64,000 bases of DNA from Rhizodiscina lignyota (Eukaryota), in the NCBI GenBank assembly GCA_010015805.1, contig ML978122.1, positions 2,204,453-2,268,452 on the forward strand, given 5' to 3'. Position numbers and translations under genes: made by a program. Within the stretch, counting starts at the first letter, position 1. Each line of letters begins with the position of its first letter. Below the pieces are notes generated by a model. It searched no databases, was not told the DNA's origin, and saw only the letters and a list, made by a program, of their open reading frames with translations. Shown piece by piece: positions 1 through 11,545 of this stretch.

Positions 1-363
1 TGTACAAGAAGAGCAGAAGAACATTCTCGAAAGGCAAACGTAATATCGTTCTTTGCAGAGGCGTACATATGTAGTGGAACCACTAAGCCACAAAATGTTT
101 ACGCAACCCCCGCCTTCACAGATCTCGTCTGCGCCACCATCTTCGCAAGCCGTTCTCAATGTTAACCTCTTAACCTCTTTCGCTTCACCACATCTGTTCA
201 GTCATGCAATTTTTGTATCATATGTCTCTTTCTTTCTCCAAAGGCTGGAAGCGGTCACGCTTTAAGTTCCCCTTCCGGACATTTCGCGCTGTATCCTTCC
301 TCACTTAAAGGTCGCCGCTTTATTTAGACCTTTCTTATTGTGAATTCATTAGAATCGATTAAG

Positions 364-2137
364 ATGAATCGAGTGAACATCTCAACTTCAAACAGTGCGA
401 TCCCACCCGACGCGAGACCGATCAACGATACACTCCTGACGGGTGACAGCCTCCTGGGACCTGTGCGCCGCCTTACTCCAGCAGAGACATGGGTTGCGCT
501 TCAGACACCGTACCAGTACCAGTCGTTGGAGCCCGGTTGCGTCCGTCTAGTCAGTTTCGACGAGGGCACAACGGCAGACGATTATCTTGTCATCAACATT
601 CAGAACGTTCTGCTTTGCAACGCTACAGAGTTGAATTCGTACGGTGCTGTCTCATACGTAGTATGTCCTTCGAACCCACTTAGCTCCTTGCGGCTTGCCG
701 AGACTGCTGTTAACTTTGAGCGTCTCGATGTAGTGGGGAGAGCCCGATTTTACCGAGTCAGTGCTCTGCGAAGGGGGCAAATCTCATTTGAAGGTCACAA
801 AGAGACTTCTGAATATTCTGCGCGCCCTGAATTCCTCGACCAGGAGTTCCGGAGAGGCAGATTTCGAGATCTTTCCCAAGTTCTGGATAGACGCAATTTC
901 CATCAATCAGAATGATGTCCAAGAGAGAAACCATCAAGTTCATCAAATGGCTCAGATTTATCGTCGAGCTTCCCTTGTCCACATCTTTCTGGGCACACTA
1001 TCGCTCCACCCACACGAATGTCTGAAAAGCGAGTGGTTCCATCGACGCTGGGTAGTCCAAGAAGTCATGTCAGCCCGTGTAGCGATAGCACATTGCGACA
1101 ACGGAACATCGTTGTCTTGGGATAAGCTCATTCGCCAGACTAAAGCATACCTACCTAAAACGCCCCTTCCCGTCGACTTTAAAGGCACGGAATCCGCAGC
1201 GCGGATGGTCCACGAGCTAAGCTACTTGCACGACTGCGATATGATTAGGCCGGGGATCCTCTTCCTCCTTCTCAACTTCCAGCACACGCAATGTAAAGAT
1301 CCAAGAGACCGGCTCTTCGCTTTCTTCGGTGTTGCCGATGACCTCGCCCCACCCGCTCAAACGAATAGTTCCGGGGAAGTCGGCTTCTGCGATGAGGTAT
1401 CAGAAGAGAGGCAAGAGACCACGTCGGCCAAGATAGATTGCTCGATTGACTACAATCTCACGACAACCGAGCTCTACACTTACTTCGCTGAGGCAGTCCT
1501 ACGGTCATCTTATCCCTTTGACCTGTTACATTGCGCTGGTGCATTTAGAGATCGCAAGCTAATTAACGACCTGGCCGTTCCGTCAAGTCTTCCAACATGG
1601 GTCCCGGACTGGCGGCTACCGCCTCTGTACAGTCCTCTCCTGAATACCATCCAGTTCTGGTCTGGAAAGTGCACCTTTCCTGGCTCGGACGCCAATCCAC
1701 GCTTGAGATATTCAAAATCGGGCCCATTCTCGAAACCCGATATTCAGCTCCATCACAACGAGACACAGAGTAGAATTACCGTGGCCGGCGTCCGCATTGG
1801 AACTGTCTCTGCAGTTCTGGATTCTCCTCCCGACCCTCGCTGGTGGCACAAAGTCCCGTACGAGTACGAGAAAAGTGGGAGGAAGCTGGACAAATTCCTT
1901 GGCCGAGTTCGTGTCTCCGTTACGACGGTATCTGATCAATCTAGACTGGGGTGTGCGCCCCCTGACGTCAGGACTGGCGATGTTGTTGTGTGCTTTGCAG
2001 GTGGAAAGACTCCGTTTATTCTTCGGCCATTTGGTCAAGGCATCTTCCAGCTAATTGGGGATTGCTTCGTTTGGAATTTCATGGATGGAGAAGCTTTTCA
2101 ATATGCGCCGCCTCTTGAAAGGTTCATCATCGCCTGA
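364..2137 (+). CDS. Stand-alone HET-domain (heterokaryon incompatibility, HET-6-like) protein; 2 exons, intron 661-733
   Basis: Splicing GTATGT(661)...TAG(733) joins YGAVSYV to WGEP, giving the HET motifs Y.A.SYVWG, FWIDAISINQND..ERNHQV.QM.QIYRRA, WF.RRWVVQE, C.DPRDRLFA, LPTWVPDW and GDVVV..GG..PFILR...LIGDCFV. Confidence 0.88.
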
Positions 2138-2152
2138 AGAGAAGGTCAGCCT

Positions 2153-2679
2153 TACGAAGAGGAGGATACAAATGCAATAATCGCCTTGGCTCTTTTCCGT
2201 TCCATCCACGCTCGACAATTTCCAAATGGTGGCTCCAGTACAAGATTCGGGTTGGAACTCTGCTCAGTTCAGGCGAAATCTCCACGCCGACGATACTCGC
2301 TAACGGGCTTGACTTTCCAGGAGTCCGAGCAGTACTAACCGACCAGCTCTTAGATAAGCGCATCCATCTGAAGTATCATCCTCGCTCTTGCAGCAAAGTC
2401 GGCCTCTTTGTGTTCGGCGACCTCATTCAGGAACGTCCCCGTCCGACGGACCTGCATCATTAGCCTCCATTCTCCGTCCGGAAGCTCTTCCCCTAGCCAA
2501 GCACTGTTGAACACGCACTCGACGTCTGGCCGGAACTTCTTCCAAGGCTCGAAATGGTCTTTGACATTTGGAAAAGTTTGCCGGCCTTGGGCAAAACGTG
2601 CTTGAGATGTATGGATTTCCGCACACACATAGCGAGATAAGGCTTGACCGCTTGGAGTCCTTCTTCGGACCGGAACCAA
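2153..2679 (-). pseudogene. Probable degraded gene remnant of unknown family
   Basis: The frame of ORF 2350-2679 continues protein-like through TAA, TAG and TGA stops (each one C->T change from CAA/CAG/CGA); no clear start codon. Confidence 0.3.
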
Positions 2680-3118
2680 CCCTATTTTTAGTACCTTGTA
2701 CTTAAACGGGCCCTGAGGATCTTAAAATCTTCATTAGATAAGAGAACACTGAACGATTCGAAATACGTTGTTGATAAACAAGAGGAGCTTCATCTTACAT
2801 AGATGGAGAGTGTCTACCCGTACGACTCATGCTAGCATCTTTTTTTGATGTTCCGACTCCCCCTTACGTCGCCGACCACGTAAGGTACCGAGGTTCTTAC
2901 GCTAATTCAGACGACGCTAGCAAGACCCCTGGTAGGATTTGCGCTAAATGAGTCGAAGTGGAACCCAATTGCTCAAGTTGGTTAAAATTTTGATGCTTGG
3001 CATAGCATGTGCCAATGTAATTCGGTGAAATTTAACCATATTCAGGTAGTTCCTCTCATAGCGTGCTACGATCTTTCTAGCGCTATCCGGATAAACCCCC
3101 ATCAAACATCAACTTGCG

Positions 3119-4360
3119 ATGGACACTCCAGGTCCACAAGCATCAACGATGCGAATTCTCACTCGCCCTTCGGTCTGCAATGGTAGCACAAAGCTGCTAT
3201 CATGTCCTCATCGCGTAAGGCATTTGGCGGCCCAAGCGACTGGCAAGCACTTTGACGCCATCATCATTGGAGCCGGTCCAGGCGGTTTGACCTGTGCATC
3301 GAACGTGCTGGACCAAGGAGCATCGAGGATTTGCATCTTTGACCCTGCTTTCAATGCTGGGCGCATCGATGAGAAATATCGCGAGGTGCCAAGCAACACC
3401 AAGGCCGGTTTGTTTGTGCAGTGGGCGACTGGCACGAAGGTCTTCTCCGAGATCATCGACCGCGCCCCGAAGGGCAATGCCTTTGAAAGGCTAAAGTCTG
3501 TCGACCAGGACAAGACTTGCCAGCTGGCGGATGCCATTGATGTAGCTAAGCTCCTATCCGATGGCTTGAGGAGCGACCCGAGGGTCACAAGCATCACCGC
3601 CACCGTCAGCCATCTCGCAAAGCAGAAGGACGTGTGGAGTCTTCTCCATGGAGACATCAGTGCGGACCGAGTGGTGATGGCACCCGGCTCGCATCCCAGG
3701 CCCAATCCAATGGTCAACGACTATCCTCATCTCACACCCCTGGATCTGGACACAACCCTCGCGCCTTCAGTTCTTCGCAAAGTCGTGCCAGCCGGATCAA
3801 AAGTCGGCGTCGTCGGCGCGTCCCATTCCGCCATCCTCGCACTGAAGAATCTGTTCGACCTGGGCGACATCTCGATTGTCAACTTTTATCGCTCACCACT
3901 TCTCTATGCTATCTACAAAGACGGCTGGATCCTCTACGACAACACTGGCCTGAAAGGTGTGGCCGCAGACTTCGCGAGGCAAGTGCTCGAAGCGGAGCAC
4001 TTGCCGCCAAATCTGCGTCGGGTGAACCTGAAGGAAGATGCGAGGAGCGAGAAGGAGATCTACGACGCTGAGCTGAAGGACTGCACCCACGTCGTCAGCG
4101 CGATCGGGTACGATACGAACGAGCTGCCGAGGATTGAGGTTGACGGAAGGGAAGTCCAGCCAGAGTTCGACCCGCTGACCGGGAAGTTCTATATGAGTCA
4201 GGGGGATCGCGAATACCTGAAAGGACTCTTCGGAGCCGGCATTGCTTTTCCAGAACGCACTACCGATCCAGAGGGGAACGTTGAAAGTGCCGTGGGTTGG
4301 TTTAAGTTCATGAAATTCGTGAAGAGAGTCTCGCCGACGTGGCTCGAACAAGGAGCTTGA
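3119..4360 (+). CDS. FAD/NAD(P)-binding pyridine nucleotide-disulphide oxidoreductase-like protein
   Basis: 413-aa intronless ORF with two Rossmann motifs (DAIIIGAGPGG, VGVVGASHSA) and GLFGAGIAFPE; Arg/Ser-rich N-terminus could be a mitochondrial presequence. Confidence 0.8.
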   Translation: MDTPGPQASTMRILTRPSVCNGSTKLLSCPHRVRHLAAQATGKHFDAIIIGAGPGGLTCASNVLDQGASRICIFDPAFNAGRIDEKYREVPSNTKAGLFVQWATGTKVFSEIIDRAPKGNAFERLKSVDQDKTCQLADAIDVAKLLSDGLRSDPRVTSITATVSHLAKQKDVWSLLHGDISADRVVMAPGSHPRPNPMVNDYPHLTPLDLDTTLAPSVLRKVVPAGSKVGVVGASHSAILALKNLFDLGDISIVNFYRSPLLYAIYKDGWILYDNTGLKGVAADFARQVLEAEHLPPNLRRVNLKEDARSEKEIYDAELKDCTHVVSAIGYDTNELPRIEVDGREVQPEFDPLTGKFYMSQGDREYLKGLFGAGIAFPERTTDPEGNVESAVGWFKFMKFVKRVSPTWLEQGA

Positions 4361-4488
4361 CGATAGTCTTGGTGGTGCGGCTGCGATGGACGTCTATGGT
4401 GTTTGTGTTTCCATTATCGCGTGTCATGACGGCATGGCCGTTCGCATAGCAAATATTCCGTAGAATTTTTAGACTGCCGGAGAGATAC

Positions 4489-4511
4489 AGACTATAGACT
4501 ATAGACTATAG
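4489..4511. repeat. 7-bp tandem repeat (AGACTAT)x3
   Basis: Read directly from the sequence. Confidence 0.8.
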
Positions 4512-5087
4512 AGAAAGGAGGAGCTTCTTGGGAGAGTTCCATGATACATGGTCACCTGACGAGAACGAGAATCAGGCAGGGACGGGACTGAGGTTTGCAA
4601 TAGAAGAGAGAAGAGAACCATAGGCATCACTCCAGTCATAGATCTGCCATAAGAGAAGAATTTTCCTGCACTCCAAGAAGTGCTGATACTGAGCGCTGAG
4701 AGCCACATAGGACGTTGCCACACTGACTCTGAAAATCTAAAGATCTTTATCAAGTGGATATTCGCGAATCGCGATTAAGCCATTACTGTCGCTGCCTTCT
4801 GTTCATGAAGTGACTTTGCATCCTGCCATGAAAGAACTCTTCAAGACCTCTTACTTATACCTTCCCAGATATCTCCGATTTCTACAACTAAGGCGTCTAC
4901 TACTTTCTTACGTGCCAACTGTCTGATGGCACCCAAAATTGACTATTAAGAAGGCGGTCTCGGCCATTTCCCCATCGAGAACCAATGTATCGATGCCGTT
5001 GAAATATCTGTAGTGAAATGCAGATATAGAGGGAACCTTTTCCGGGCCTTACGGCGGTCTGGAAGTTGAACTGCAACCATCTCTTGC

Positions 5088-5107
5088 TGATGATGATGAT
5101 GATGATG
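5088..5107. repeat. (TGA/GAT)n microsatellite
   Basis: tgatgatgatgatgatgatg. Confidence 0.85.
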
Positions 5108-5484
5108 TACGGTGCATCCATCGCCTCTAAATTTCGAGACCCTTTGAGCAGGTCTTGAGGCAAGAAGTCCTTTAGAAAGTTGCACGACATTGCGAAATTC
5201 ATGTAATTTATCGTGTCAGTGTTATTTAACTAGGCTAGTACTATAGTAAATAGATACGAGGTGGAGAGATGCTCTTGGTCTTATATGTTAATATGGTATA
5301 TAGGATTGTTTAAGGCTATCTTATATAAAGTACGAGGAGTTATATATGAAAGTTGAATCATTTTTCCGCTATCCGCTCTTATTCGCTGAAATTATCTAAT
5401 AGTGTTGGGTACTCAGCAACGAAGACTCAGAGCATAATCTAAACAGTTGATTGAAAGAGAGAAGGAGTTGAGAGAAGGAGATGA

Positions 5485-5549
5485 GAAAAGGAAGTAAGAA
5501 AAGGAAGTAAGAAAAGGAAGTAAGAAAAGGAAGTAAGAAAAGAAAGTGA
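5485..5549. repeat. 13-bp minisatellite (GAAAAGGAAGTAA)x4 plus one degenerate copy, inside a polypurine tract
   Basis: Units start at 5485, 5498, 5511, 5524 and 5537. Confidence 0.9.
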
Positions 5550-5841
5550 GAGAAGGAAAAGAGAGAAGGAAAAGAGAGAATGAGAGAATCCTAATATACA
5601 CAGGAGGTGGTGACGCCAGCGGCGTCAGCAACACAAAAGGACTGCAAAAGGACTGAATGAACACCTCTGACAAATAGAACAGAAACTTCCTGCATCAGTG
5701 CATTCTAAGAAGTGCTGATAATGAGAGCTGAAAGCCACATGCGATCTTGCCTCCAGACCAGTCCAGAACAGAGAGATATGAATAATTGAAGAACGTGTGG
5801 AGGGTTCCGCCGAACATTTCGAGCCCCAAACTCCCATTCAA

Positions 5842-6255
5842 TCAGACAAAGCTCTCAACACCCCAGTAGAAACCCCAAGCGCTGCAGACATAAGGATGGA
5901 AGCTTTGTTTCGAAACACTCAGAGTCGGATCCATAAGATGAAGACTCAAGTCCTGGAGGCCTAGTTGTGCCTGTTGAAGGTATGAGATGGCAGCGTTGGC
6001 TGTTTTCGGGTGGCCGGGCACAAAGGGCGAGCAGGGAAGGGGGCCTGCGACTTTGGAGATGAGGTCGCCGAATTGGTTGCCTCCAGTCACGTAGTCTTTC
6101 TTGAGACTAGCTTTGCTCTGGACGATGTCGTTTATGACGTTGTTGATGGTGATCTCGAGGGTTTGGATGTTCTTTTGGAGGACGGCGTTCGGTGCTGGGG
6201 CGGCGAGTGCACAGGAGCCGCAGAGAGTAAGAGCCGCGATGAGAGAGAAGCGCAT
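5842..6255 (-). CDS. Small secreted protein (137 aa), effector candidate
   Basis: ATG at 6255 gives signal peptide MRFSLIAALTLCGSCALA followed by APAP; two Cys in the mature part; no recognised domain. Confidence 0.75.
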   Translation of the reverse strand: MRFSLIAALTLCGSCALAAPAPNAVLQKNIQTLEITINNVINDIVQSKASLKKDYVTGGNQFGDLISKVAGPLPCSPFVPGHPKTANAAISYLQQAQLGLQDLSLHLMDPTLSVSKQSFHPYVCSAWGFYWGVESFV

Positions 6256-7306
6256 GTTGTTGATGATCTTGGTTTTGTATCGAAAATTGAAAGTCAGATA
6301 GATGAGGATTTTGATAATGAGTTGGAGGAATGAAAGAGGCTTTGCTTTGTTGACTTGATATTTGTCGATGCTAGGAAAACCGAACAGACGCAAATTTTAC
6401 GACCCTTATATACTTGTCGTCCTCAGTAGAGCAGAAGAGCGTGCTTGTTGAAAAGACTCATTCAGCTTGTGAAGCGACATCATGCTCTGCGACGTAGAGT
6501 GGAGGTTTCAAATACTGAGCGGTGTAGCCGTTCGAGTCTTGAAAGATCGCAACACGGTAGCATATACACTCTCGTAGCTCATGTGCCATCGCTTAGAAAC
6601 GTGGCTTCATCTATGTGCGGACGAAGAGTGGTATGAAAGTCGCATTTGAGGCATAGCATGTAGGTAGAGCATGAATAACCTGCAGTTTAGAGGGCTGAAA
6701 ATGCATAGACAGAAGCCCCACTGAACTTGATATGCAAAATGAACAGAACAACTCACCTCCTGGTAACGTCCCATAGTCGTATCGCTCTGCGACTAAGCCC
6801 AAAGAGGGTTCAGCTTCATGTTCACCGTCCTCGCTTAGACTCTTGATGGGACTCTGGATGCACCTGTACCGCGGTTTGAGAAGCCCATATTCGACGACGC
6901 CACTTTTCTCACTGCTCAGCTCATCGACGGATGCGGTATGCAGTTACGCTTCTCCACACTTCCATCATGCACAATTGAGGTGTGCCCTACCAACTTGGCA
7001 TCGCAGTTGGCCAACCAGAACTCCTAAATGTCGGGCGTGGATGTGACTCCTGCAGGCCATTCCCAAAAGTGTGGGGCTGAGTCTCGACCGCCGAACCTCT
7101 GCATCCATATTCTCAAGGCCCTGTTTCCAAGTCACTCCGTCACCGACATACTCTCCGAGCAGATATGAGGCCGAGTTCATATGGAGTCAGTAAATCTACT
7201 TCAGGACTGAGCAAACAAATTGGCTAGTACACGGTAAAAGGTGACCAGACGCTGTTGGCGCTCACCCATCGGCTTGACTCGGCACTCGGCCTCCATGCTT
7301 TGTACG

Positions 7307-9311
7307 CTATACAATTGTCACTTCATGTGTCTGTGCGTCACTCCACCATCGCTGCTCGGATTCGACGGTTATGCATATCCCGATCCTCGCGTAAGTGGCT
7401 TTTTGAGAATCAACTGGTAAAAGAATAAGTGAGATCAAATCAGAGCGTGACAACGCTAGCTGTAGACATTGAATCTCGGATGCCTTTGAAGCTCTCTCCA
7501 TGCCAGTCCTATCGTCGTCATCGAAAGAAATGGCTCCGACGGTTTTTTCTTCCCTTTCGTCCACGTCTAGCCCAATCAGTTCTGGTGGACCCTCTTCAGG
7601 TCGCCCGGATTTGTAACCGATACGATGGGATTGTTTCATCAAGCTGCGGAGTACCAGTCGCCCTCCTTTAACCTCGCTAAAAGGGGCGCTTGGATCTAAA
7701 AGATCGATATTGCAGTCAACTATGCTGGCTGTAAAAGAGGATTGCTTGTAGGGCCTGTTCGCATAGATGTAGGTGACCATTCCATCCATCGAAGCCCAGG
7801 ACCAAGATGGTGCTCTGTAACTCAGGGGCCTGGAGGTTCGTGCGTGTGAGAAGACCCCACCCCACGGTCCAGACTCGTCTGTACGCCTCCAAAGCAGATC
7901 GCGCCAAAGGGTGTTGCGCCACAGTCCAGCCAGATACTCACCAAAGTCTCCCTCAGCATCATAAGAAGAGGATATTCCAGCCTTCTTCGCAACGGCATTA
8001 GCCTTGGCCAGAGCCTCCTTTTCATCGCCTGCTCTATTGGTGTATATGTGTGCCGCCAACCCTGCGATGGCAGGAAGCTTGTCCTTTTCTTTGGTCAAGT
8101 TGCGTCCACAGTAATTTTGAACAAGCCAGGTCCATCTTGGCTTCAGTGGTGGCGTTGGCAATCTGAGCTTGTATATGTTGTGCCATTTGGAGCTGCCATT
8201 GGGTTGATGAGTCGCACTGGATTGATGAACCAATCCAAGATCGCAATGCCAACATACTTCATTCAGGCAGAATACCGCATTCCGTTGCGAAAGCAGGCCC
8301 TCTTGCAGTGTCCATGCTCGGTTTACGATTGGCTCATCCTTATAATCACGCTGATCTAACATGGTTAGTTCTGCTAGAGAGTCGATTGTATGTGCTCTGT
8401 TAGGATTCTTGATGGCAACTTGCGTTGGAATAACGCAGCGATAGAACAACCCTCCATCACAGTGTCTGGACGCTGCCGCAGAGAGGGTGAGGTACGCATT
8501 ACCATAGATTTTTCCCATTTTGCCGGCTTCATGCTCCCAGTCCTCTTTTGCTTCGCCATCAGATCCTTGAAGAATGCATAATACATCCACCCAAAGATAG
8601 GTGACGCCAAGTTGTTGTGCAACCTCCACAGCGTCTCGTAAAGTCTGAGGGAGTTCTTTTATAGAGAAGCATCTAAGCCGGTCATGGAGCGTCTGAGTTG
8701 ATGTTACAAAGGTTTTTGCTTTGCCCCAGCAGTACGATAACGCAATGTACTTTCCAGTTGATCCTTCAGTCGGTTCAACTAGTCGGAGATTGCTCGATTC
8801 GCCATCACTAACCTGGATCAGGCGTTTCGGAAGCTCTCGATGTACATCTGGTTAACAGCCGTATTCGTTGCATTCTTTCAGTTGCTCTTTCACAAATCGG
8901 ATGCCGGCTAAGCCGTTTGGATGCGCGGCAATATCACCGTTGGAAATGAGTAAGTTCTTCGAAGGGCCTGAGGAGTGAACATGACTACTGTAAAGACTTC
9001 TGAGAGCACTCACCTTCGAAGTGCGCCAGACGAACCGAATTTGCTACTGTTTCACCACCTGGCTGCTTCTGAACAAGAATCCTTAGCTGGCTCAACGTTG
9101 GTTCATGCCGAAGTCTGACGACTCCATTTTGTGGTAATGCTTTTTGGCTCAGGCCGACCGCAGCATCAATGAAGGCACAAAGTCGATATCCACGTTCTTC
9201 TCCGAGAAGCACCTCTTTCATCGACAAATGCTCCAAGGTCCATGGCTCGGTTGGGCCCGGGAAAGTGATGGTGTTACAGAACGCGCACAAGCCGTTATCA
9301 CTGGAGTTCAT
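7307..9311 (-). pseudogene. HET-domain gene with an in-frame TAA at 8852-8854; intron about 8968-9013
   Basis: Spliced frame reads ...KECNEYGC*PDVHRELPKRLI...YIALSYCWG...LPQTLRDAV.VAQQLGVTYLWVDVLCILQ...DWEHEAGKMGKIYGNA...RAWTLQE...YLAGLW...APSWSWAS, all HET-family motifs. Confidence 0.8.
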
Positions 9312-10607
9312 TTTCGCACCTGCTTCATAGGTTGTCAGGAATTCTTTGAAACTGCACAGCCAAATAGGTAGCGAAGCATTATACAGTGAAATATTCGGAA
9401 TGCTGCAAACTCTTTGCGAGAGCTCAGACGTTTGTGTTCGTTCGTAAACCTCTAATTACCCGGATATTTTCCGGGTATCAACCGAAGCTAGCTAGAGTAG
9501 GATAACGCAGCACTACAAACTCAACTGTGTTCTTCTCATATCACAAACTTCATAGTGTAATAAATATCACTATCAATAGCCTGGCACATAAGCAGACCTG
9601 GGAGACCCTAAGCTCCTGGAGTAATTTCTATTGCAACGCATATTGATCACACGCAGGGCCTTAGCGAGCCCGAGACGCCCATCGTTCACTCAGACTACTT
9701 AGAGGTCCGACAGGATCTCCTGAACGAGAAGTAGACCCCGCGCAGTCACAGCAATGACGACAACTTCACAGTATGACCCAGCAAGTTGAAAGAGACTGGG
9801 AATGAATCCGGAACTTGCTGCCAATCATCAGCGGTTCCGAGTCCGAGATACACCTTGCTATGAGTGAGTCTTTGGAGCCCGAGTACGAGCATCCTTGCAA
9901 TGGGACGTACTTCGACAGCAAAATACTAGAGCTTACGTCTCTATAGAGCCTACCATCCCTCAAGGATTCAGCGAAAGGATTTCCACGTAAGGTTATGCTT
10001 GGCCAATCGCAGTTGAGCTTTTCCGACAGACGCCGACTACTGTTGTACAAATCAGGGCATCCTACCAGCCCTCGGCACCAGAAGCACCAGGAGCATCACA
10101 GTTTTCATCAGCTTTACCGACTAATTTCGCCCATTGGACGAAACATGCACTGCATGGATATCGGTCCTCCTAAAGCTATAAACGGCTCTCAAGTGGGATC
10201 TGTTCAAGATATTGGCTGTGCATTGCGTGCTACGTGCCAGCTCCGATGCTGCCGGACGCAACGCACTCTCCAGCCCCCTTGAAGTGACGTTGGTCATTTA
10301 ACTAAATGGGCCGATGACGCGCCATTCAAGATCTGCCGTGCGTCTCGGTGGACGAATTTCGTAGGATCAATTGGTTCCATGAATATGGCGAAGCAAGATC
10401 AACGTAAGATTCTCTGCTCATATATCTCTCGTCCGTAGGTCATCCATCTATGGTTACTACTTATATCTCTTCACAGTTTCGTATTCCACTCTCAAATCTC
10501 AACATCTCCTTCGAACCTCCAGATCTCGTTCATTAAACGCTGCTCCATACAGTCAGCCTTTCGCTCGAACAATTAAATCAAAAGCCTCTTTTACAATATT
10601 AATCACT

Positions 10608-11011
10608 ATGCGTTGCTCCATTATCCTCATCACGGCTCTCAGTACCTTCGCCATCGCCCAAGATAGTAGAAGCCTCGAATCTGCTGCCAATTCCTACGCC
10701 AGCTCTCTCTCCAGCTCCGCGTAGAGCGTAGCAACCTCTCTCGTCAGCCAAGCTCTCAGCAAAGGGAGCTAAAGGCTAGCACTGTTGTTGCTGGTACTGC
10801 CACTCATGTCACCAGCTCCTCCTCTTCGAACAGCGCGACAACCACTTCTGCTGGTGGTGCTCCTGTCACCTCTTCGGTTACTGCTGCATCGGCTTCCGGT
10901 TCTAGCTCAGCTCCGGTGAGCGCGTTTACTGACGCTGCTGCTGCCACAAAGATTCCGCTAGCAGTGGGTGGCATTCTTGGTGCTGGCCTTGCTGTTGCCG
11001 GCATGTTGTAA
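10608..11011 (+). pseudogene. Small secreted Ser/Ala/Thr-rich, GPI-anchor-like protein gene; disrupted, or carrying an atypical intron at 10721-10779
   Basis: Signal peptide MRCSIILITALSTFAIAQ; TAG at 10722 and TAA at 10770 in frame, then a shifted frame ending in hydrophobic IPLAVGGILGAGLAVAGML*. Confidence 0.6.
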
Positions 11012-11545
11012 GGCAAAATCGCCTTAGCACAAGCAAATGTTGGTGGCTAAGGGAAGGGGATGTGGGAATAGTGTGAGGGTTGGTTGATGAGGATTAGAAT
11101 AGACGCTTGAGCGTTTGATCTTGCTTAATGGAGCGTAGATAAGACATATAGCTTAATTAGGCGACATTTCTTTTACGCAGAATTCCCTTCATTCAGAACC
11201 CCGAATGCGATGACGAAATCACTCAATTTCGAGATTATTGGGAGCTTCTAGATGACAGTAGATGTCTCAGTGGACCGAAGATCGATAAAACAATAGTTCT
11301 TTCATCAAATGGTACTTTGCGATCTGTCCCGAGATTCCGTACAAACAAAGAACAAAGCATCGAGATGTGGATACACATGACCACGCCAAACAAAGCGACA
11401 GCTCGAATCCGTTTGCATCCTCACTAATATCAATCAAACCAAATCATTCCGTTCATCCATGAGTAAATAATATCAGTAGAAAATAGAATCAATGGCAATT
11501 ACATATCGACACTCCTTATTCCGCATCCTGATCGCGTATTACACT

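Noticed and set aside
4946..5185. ORF containing HHHHHH, suggesting a His-tag or vector
   Set aside because: Produced by a (CAT)n microsatellite; no vector sequence nearby
5485..5549. Repeat array as CRISPR-like or telomeric
   Set aside because: No spacers and not TTAGGG; a simple minisatellite in eukaryotic DNA
6840..7027. Open frame TLDGTLDAPVPRFEKPIFDD after a TAG
   Set aside because: No start codon, partner exon or recognisable family
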